From IMG/VR virus record IMGVR_UViG_3300024239_000011, positions 248,001 to 312,000 of that record: DNA of 64,000 bases, one strand, 5' to 3'. The notes below the pieces were generated by a model. It was not told the origin of the DNA, made no database searches, and was given only the letters and a program-made list of their open reading frames with translations. The translations under genes were made by a program, and so were the position numbers. This document shows, one piece after another, positions 58,650 through 64,000 of the stretch (its first letter is position 1; each line of letters starts with the position of its first letter).

Positions 58650-58682
58650 AATGAAAAACGGCGGGAACCCGCCGTTTTTCAT
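58650..58682. terminator. Bidirectional terminator
   Basis: ATGAAAAACGGCGG-GAAC-CCGCCGTTTTTCAT between convergent genes. Confidence 0.8.
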
Positions 58683-58723
58683 TACGTACTCATGCTATTC
58701 CTCGAATTTCTTGTTCCGTGGGA

Positions 58724-59740
58724 TTAATACACCAATTCGTCTTGTTCGTGACCTTCGTAAATGATAATCTGCCCGGATACCGCCAGTTCCTTAGCAATAA
58801 CGACGATGAGCGACTGCGCCTGATCCACGTCGCGTAGGCGTACTGGTCCCATTGCGTCCATGTCTTCCTTAAGCATTTTTGCCGCACGTTCGGACATGTT
58901 CTTCATGAACAAGTCTTTGATGCCATCAGAGGCACCCTTGAGCGCCAGGGACAGTCGGTCTTTTTCCACCTGACGCAGTAATGTTTGGATACCAGCGGCA
59001 TCCAAGCGCACCAAATCCTCGAAGGTGAACATCAGCGCCTTGATCTTTTCCGCCGATTCGCGGTTGCGTTCTTCGAGCGAGGACATCAAGCGGTTTTCGG
59101 TGGTGCGGTCGAGGTTGTTGAAAATATCTGCCATCAATTCGTGGGTATCGCGGCGTTGGGTGCGGGCGAGGTTGCCCATAAATTCGGTACGCAAGATATC
59201 TTCAACCTGATCCAACACTTCCTTCTGTACCGCCTCCATACGCAGCATGCGCATCACCACTTCCATGGCGAAATTTTCCGGCAGTAGTGCCAGCACGCGG
59301 GCGGCGTGGTCGGGCTTGATCTTGGCCAGCACGACGGCGACGGTCTGCGGGTATTCGTTCTTCAGGTAATTGGCCAGCACCGCTTCGTTGACGTTGCCCA
59401 GCTTGTCCCACATGGTACGACCAGCGGGACCGCGAATCTCTTCCATGATTCGGCTGGCTTGATCGCTGGGTAATGCCTTAGTGAGAAGTCGTTCCGTGCT
59501 TTCGATGGAACCGACTAGCGTACCAGTGGTCAAAAGGTTGTCTGCAAATTCTGCATACAGAGTTTCGATCAATTCAGGCGTAACGGTGCCTAGGTTCGCC
59601 ATGATCTGCGACACTTCCTTGATTTCGTCATCATCAAGGCGGTGCAGAATTTGCGACCCGTGATCTTCCCCGAGTGCCATGAGGAAGATGGCGGCTTTTT
59701 GTGGACCCGTCAGGCAACGATAGTCGGTCTTTATCGGCAT
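58724..59740 (-). CDS. fliG: Flagellar motor switch protein FliG, alphaproteobacterial type
   Basis: [54 protein letters not shown]; full length; TAAATA at 59769-59774. Confidence 0.97.
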   Translation of the reverse strand: MPIKTDYRCLTGPQKAAIFLMALGEDHGSQILHRLDDDEIKEVSQIMANLGTVTPELIETLYAEFADNLLTTGTLVGSIESTERLLTKALPSDQASRIMEEIRGPAGRTMWDKLGNVNEAVLANYLKNEYPQTVAVVLAKIKPDHAARVLALLPENFAMEVVMRMLRMEAVQKEVLDQVEDILRTEFMGNLARTQRRDTHELMADIFNNLDRTTENRLMSSLEERNRESAEKIKALMFTFEDLVRLDAAGIQTLLRQVEKDRLSLALKGASDGIKDLFMKNMSERAAKMLKEDMDAMGPVRLRDVDQAQSLIVVIAKELAVSGQIIIYEGHEQDELVY

Positions 59741-59818
59741 TTTTCACCTGTTTGCATCAACGATGCCTTATTTAACCGGACAAAGGTGAAGAAATATCCG
59801 AGGAAAGTCAATAAGAGA

Positions 59819-60082
59819 TCAGCCCAAAATGGCGACTGGAAGCACTCCATGGTATTGCGGATACCGATGCCCCAGCACCGTTTTGGGAATGAATACGGTG
59901 GACACTTCACCGCGATGAGCCGCGATGATCATATTCACCTGAAAGAACTGGTTGGGGTGTGACGTCATCCAGGCAGTTTCCGCTTTCTTATGCGCATCCA
60001 GGGCAGATTCCGCCGTCACGGTGATTGCATTCACTGGGTCGCCGTTGCCGTATGGGGGTGTAATAACGGTGAACTTGGTCAT
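59819..60082 (-). CDS. Hypothetical protein
   Basis: GAGGG RBS; lies between ate and fliG. Confidence 0.6.
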   Translation of the reverse strand: MTKFTVITPPYGNGDPVNAITVTAESALDAHKKAETAWMTSHPNQFFQVNMIIAAHRGEVSTVFIPKTVLGHRYPQYHGVLPVAILG

Positions 60083-60084
60083 GA

Positions 60085-60807
60085 TCAGTCACCCTCGTTT
60101 TCCAATGGTTGCCACCCGTTCGAGCCGCAGACTTCGAGCGGTTTGAAGCGGGTTTTATATTTCATGGTTTGTGCCCCTTTTACCCAAAATCCCAGATAGA
60201 AATACGGAAGGTTTTGGCGTTTGAGTTCTTCAATTACCCAGAGGATCGCAAAAGTACCTAGCGACCGTTTATCCATGGACGGCTCGAAGAACTGGTAGTT
60301 TCCAGAAAACCCGTCATTCAATCGGTCGATCAGGGTCACTCCGATAAGATGCCCATTGGCATCCCGGAATTCGTATAGGAACGTTTCAATCGGGCTGATC
60401 TCAACCATCGACCGATAGTCCTCAAAACTCATCAACGCCATGTCACCGCCAGTGTGTCGCGTTTCCTGATAGCGTGTGAACAATCCGTATTGTTCCTTGG
60501 TCGCAACATTCTTCACGCGAGTAACAATCAAATCGGTATTTGTCTTGATAATTTTGCGCATGGTGCGGTCAGGAGCAAACCCATCAACAACAATACGCAC
60601 AGATTTACACTCCGAGCAGCCCGTGCAGGTTGGAGTATAGATGATGTTATGACTGCGCCGATAGTTTGACGCTGCCATATCACTATAAAATTTCTCGGCA
60701 TTTTTCAGGCTGGAAATTTCAGTCACGGTTTTACGTTCAGCCCGTGCCGGAAGATATGGGCACGGCAGCGGTGACGTTGTGAAGTAATATGGAGATTTTC
60801 TCGTCAT
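60085..60807 (-). CDS. ate: Bacterial ATE/Bpt family aminoacyl-tRNA--protein transferase
   Basis: PCPYLP..ERK, YRRS...Y.P.C..C..C.SVRI, Y...RH..G.M, SLGTF.IL, YLGFWV, M.YK.RF.P.E. Confidence 0.93.
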   Translation of the reverse strand: MTRKSPYYFTTSPLPCPYLPARAERKTVTEISSLKNAEKFYSDMAASNYRRSHNIIYTPTCTGCSECKSVRIVVDGFAPDRTMRKIIKTNTDLIVTRVKNVATKEQYGLFTRYQETRHTGGDMALMSFEDYRSMVEISPIETFLYEFRDANGHLIGVTLIDRLNDGFSGNYQFFEPSMDKRSLGTFAILWVIEELKRQNLPYFYLGFWVKGAQTMKYKTRFKPLEVCGSNGWQPLENEGD

Positions 60808-60881
60808 TGAACACCTGTGATACACCACCCGCCATGTTAGCGTTCTGGTTGTGCATTGTCAATGATCGCCTAAATACGATC

Positions 60882-61073
60882 ATGAGGTATTACCATATTA
60901 CAATTCGCTACGGTGGAACTAAAAAAACGCCTTTTTGGGATGAACCAAGAACGTTTTCGGTATGTGCAGATCGCGAAGATTTGGCACTCGAAGAACTTTT
61001 GCGCCGGTACCCAAGGTATCTTGGATTTGAGGTCGAACATATTGAAGAAAGCCTCATCTCAGAAAACGCATAA
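60882..61073 (+). CDS. Small late hypothetical protein
   Basis: TAAATA (60871-60876) 5 nt before the ATG. Confidence 0.55.
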   Translation: MRYYHITIRYGGTKKTPFWDEPRTFSVCADREDLALEELLRRYPRYLGFEVEHIEESLISENA

Positions 61074-61119
61074 TAAAACTACCGGCTAAATATCATCATT
61101 ACCATTTGGCGTAGGTGGA

Positions 61120-61929
61120 ATGATGGCGATTACGTATACACTTAATAAAACAGATGGAACACAACTTTGCATTGTAAATGAGCTTGTTGAAGATACAACC
61201 ACAATTCCATTGGCGCTTTTTGGTAAAAACCGACTTAATTACGGTAAAAAGCTAAACGAAAATTTTGTTAAGCTACTTGAAAACTTTAATGACGCTGCCG
61301 CGCCATCCAATCCTCTTATCGGGCAATTGTGGTATAATCGTACAACAGGCGATCTCAAGCTATACAATGGTACAACATTTGCTGGTTTGAACGCCGATAC
61401 GTTGGACGGCGTTCATAGTGATGAACTGTTGCTAAAATCTCAAAATTTAGCAGATTTACCAGATAAAGCAACCGCGCGTAGTATTTTGTCCGTGTATGAA
61501 AAAACACAGGTATATACCCGAGCAGAAACGTACTCAAAAACTGAAGCTGAAAGTTTATTTGTCAATGTATCCGGCGACACCATGACCGGGTTCTTGTCTC
61601 TTCATGCTGACCCTACGAATGCACTTCACGCCACCACCAAACAATATGTGGATAACCTCGGTGCCTATGGTCACACCGATAACCCAACCATCGCCGCTGG
61701 TACCTATGTGGACTACAACCTTCAGACTATTTTTGCAGACGCAGGGTATGACGCGAGGGCGGCAGATGTTGGTGTGAAGGTTCTCGACGTAACTAGTGGT
61801 TCGCCAACTGAGAATTGGTATATTGACGCAGGAGCGGTTGCAACTATTGCAGTAAACAATACCACAGTGCGAATAATAAACGAATATACGTCGGCACTTA
61901 CTTTCTACATCACAATTATCAAGGTCTAA
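61120..61929 (+). CDS. Tail-fibre/baseplate-associated protein
   Basis: YTLNKTDG, LFGKN..NYG..LNENFVKLLENF, P..GQLWY, GDTMTG.L, HATTKQYVD; TAAATA at 61087. Confidence 0.8.
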   Translation: MMAITYTLNKTDGTQLCIVNELVEDTTTIPLALFGKNRLNYGKKLNENFVKLLENFNDAAAPSNPLIGQLWYNRTTGDLKLYNGTTFAGLNADTLDGVHSDELLLKSQNLADLPDKATARSILSVYEKTQVYTRAETYSKTEAESLFVNVSGDTMTGFLSLHADPTNALHATTKQYVDNLGAYGHTDNPTIAAGTYVDYNLQTIFADAGYDARAADVGVKVLDVTSGSPTENWYIDAGAVATIAVNNTTVRIINEYTSALTFYITIIKV

Positions 61930-61930
61930 T

Positions 61931-63874
61931 ATGATCACCCGCACATACTACCGCGCAAATGGTAATTTCATATTGGTCCCTGACCGTGGTGTCAAAACCG
62001 CAGCGGACTACTATGGCTATAATACTTTATATGCGTCATCTGCTGCTAGTGGATATCAGGAAAGCTCAAAGGTCACCTTGCACTTGTACGAGGACATGAC
62101 GACTGGAAAATTGAGCTTGCACGTCATAAACGACATGTCCCAGGGATTGGGTGATACCGGTGGTGGTGCTAACTATGTTGTGGTGGATAATCTTCCGACA
62201 GGACATCAAGTAATTGCAGCGGATGATCCTGGCGAGGCATGGTCTAATAGTACGACACAGGCTATTGGTAATTTTGGATGGGGTGATTGCTGCACTGATG
62301 GTATGGTAATCGATAATATTCAAGATATGACTGCAATTATGATTACCTGTTCTGGGTATAGCGGCGTTGATCAATTCAAGCTTGCGAGCTATGATGGACG
62401 CATTCAATATCTCCCTCTGACAACAACACTAACAATCGAGAAGATTGTCGAAGAGATAGACGAAACATTGTTTTTACAAGAAAACCCGGTCGCAGGGCAA
62501 TACACAGGTTCTCAAGTTGTATCTTTTACTAAGGCGGCGAATGTTACTGCTAAAATCGCGCTCAATGCCACCCCATCCAATTCAAAAATTATCGCATATG
62601 ACGCCAATGAAAATCCATTCATTGCGGTCGTTGATGACGGGCGTGGACGTGTAGTCTTTGATGGCGGGTTCCCTAGATACTACAACTCAAATTGGAACGG
62701 GGTTGGGTATTACACTCTGCTCAAAGCAGAGCATATGTTTCTCTATCAATGCATGAACTGGATTGTCAATCCGGTAAAGGTTCGTAATGGTAATAAGTCA
62801 ATACTAATATTCAATGACAGCATCACTGGTGAGAATTACCCACTCAGTTCGTTTAATACAACATTGGATGGGGTTGCCGCGATTGCCGGTTATACTCTTG
62901 TACACAAGGATCGGTCAAGCTTTGGGGCAGGAGATCAAGTAACAATCCCATTTGTTGAACTTGATCAGTATGCAGCGGTTATTGTGTTTTCAACAAGATA
63001 CTGGGGTTCGCCCAGTATTACGGCAGAAACCGGGGCAAATTTCAAGATATACCGGGAAGCCGGAAACGGTATTATGGTGATCACGGACCATTCCGATGGC
63101 ACAACGTCATTTCAGCATACCGCGAACGTTATTGCAAACCAGTTTGGGGCTAATTTTTACGGGTCTGTGGATAGAACCCCCGTCGCAGTTTCGACGTTGA
63201 AGCAAAATTATGGCGTCCATCCTCTTTGGAATAATATCCCTGGAAGTATTGTTGGGGGAGGTAGTGAAGGTAATATATCCGTCACCAATTTCCCTGATTA
63301 TAATGACACGTCGTGGGTAATTGATCCGGCAGACATTTACACCTTTAATGCTCTTGTCCAAGACGAGATTGGGTTCTTCTATCATTTCTCATTTGGATAT
63401 GCAATTGGCGTTGATGAACCGATACAATTGAATTTTTCACCGGAGACATTGAAGGATGTGGTGAACGTTGATTTCTACGTCGCTCAATATGCCGGTACTA
63501 CGAGTGGGTTTGTGATTGATGCCATCGGAAATGTCCTCGGGTCATTTCGTAATGATGGGACGTTCTCAATGACGTGGTACGATCCAGATTTCGCGACCGT
63601 ACAATTGACGAAAGGTGATGCGCCAATTGTAATCAATATTCGTGTTACGCATCCCTTCTCGTATACCAAGAAAGTTTCTCTGATACGCTATGTGAAGGCG
63701 TGCAATCCTTTAAGTTCATCTTCAATTCTTGATGCACTTCATGGTGCTGAGTTGCGGGATCATCTTGGATCACCAGCAAGGATTATTCGTGACTTCCGCG
63801 ATATTACCAATAATGATCCAAACAAGAAACCATCATTTGCGCTGTCATATCTGTACTACTATTTGCTTCCGTGA
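61931..63874 (+). CDS. Putative virion/tail-associated protein
   Basis: Long ORF coupled to the fibre gene; GRVVFDGGFP, VITDH motifs; function not recognised. Confidence 0.6.
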   Translation: MITRTYYRANGNFILVPDRGVKTAADYYGYNTLYASSAASGYQESSKVTLHLYEDMTTGKLSLHVINDMSQGLGDTGGGANYVVVDNLPTGHQVIAADDPGEAWSNSTTQAIGNFGWGDCCTDGMVIDNIQDMTAIMITCSGYSGVDQFKLASYDGRIQYLPLTTTLTIEKIVEEIDETLFLQENPVAGQYTGSQVVSFTKAANVTAKIALNATPSNSKIIAYDANENPFIAVVDDGRGRVVFDGGFPRYYNSNWNGVGYYTLLKAEHMFLYQCMNWIVNPVKVRNGNKSILIFNDSITGENYPLSSFNTTLDGVAAIAGYTLVHKDRSSFGAGDQVTIPFVELDQYAAVIVFSTRYWGSPSITAETGANFKIYREAGNGIMVITDHSDGTTSFQHTANVIANQFGANFYGSVDRTPVAVSTLKQNYGVHPLWNNIPGSIVGGGSEGNISVTNFPDYNDTSWVIDPADIYTFNALVQDEIGFFYHFSFGYAIGVDEPIQLNFSPETLKDVVNVDFYVAQYAGTTSGFVIDAIGNVLGSFRNDGTFSMTWYDPDFATVQLTKGDAPIVINIRVTHPFSYTKKVSLIRYVKACNPLSSSSILDALHGAELRDHLGSPARIIRDFRDITNNDPNKKPSFALSYLYYYLLP

Positions 63875-63949
63875 TTGTGGTTTGTGGGCGCACGCATTCA
63901 CCATACTCGAAGAATAAATACCAGGAATGTTTGAGTAGAGGGGTTGCGG

Positions 63950-64000
63950 ATGGTCTATTTTATTAACAAATACGATGGCACACAGGTAGCGGCAATTGCC
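63950..64000 (+). CDS. Start of a fibre-like paralog (MVYFINKYDGTQ...), truncated by the window
   Basis: Resembles the N-terminus of 61120; TAAATA at 63915-63920 and GAGG RBS. Confidence 0.6.
   Translation, partial: MVYFINKYDGTQVAAIA

Noticed and set aside
58724-60807. Host contamination or prophage boundary at fliG/ate
   Set aside because: Flanked on both sides by phage structural genes, fliG has a phage late promoter, and no host flagellar operon context is present.
1-64000. tRNA, rRNA, introns, inteins, stop-codon recoding
   Set aside because: None recognised by eye; core genes are uninterrupted and end in all three standard stops. A tRNAscan/Infernal run would be needed to exclude small RNAs.

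Overview
This window is part of a large T4-like (jumbo myovirus) phage genome. The host is probably an alphaproteobacterium, judging from the captured fliG and ate/bpt genes. Core genes present: gp46/gp47 nuclease, gp55 late sigma factor, baseplate genes (tube initiator-like, gp53, hub with lysozyme, gp5, gp25, gp6), a 4988-aa virion protein and tail-fibre-like genes. These are broken up by accessory clusters, and most late blocks have their own TAAATA promoter. Most notable observations: (1) a cas-less, two-armed CRISPR-like array at 55365-56488, with 14 repeats in one orientation and 3 inverted, one spacer encoding a serine-resolvase motif; (2) three tandem mini-ORFs built from major-capsid (gp23) fragments, two covering the Gol-peptide region, plus a Tat-signal/tail-sheath fragment fusion, suggesting repurposed virion-protein decoys; (3) full-length fliG behind a late promoter, near an N-degron aminoacyl-transferase; (4) a HaeIII-like endonuclease beside a Dam-type MTase in a genome that appears strongly depleted of GGCC; (5) a probable head-packaged ADP-ribosyltransferase. 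All family assignments come from motif recognition by eye; no searches were run.
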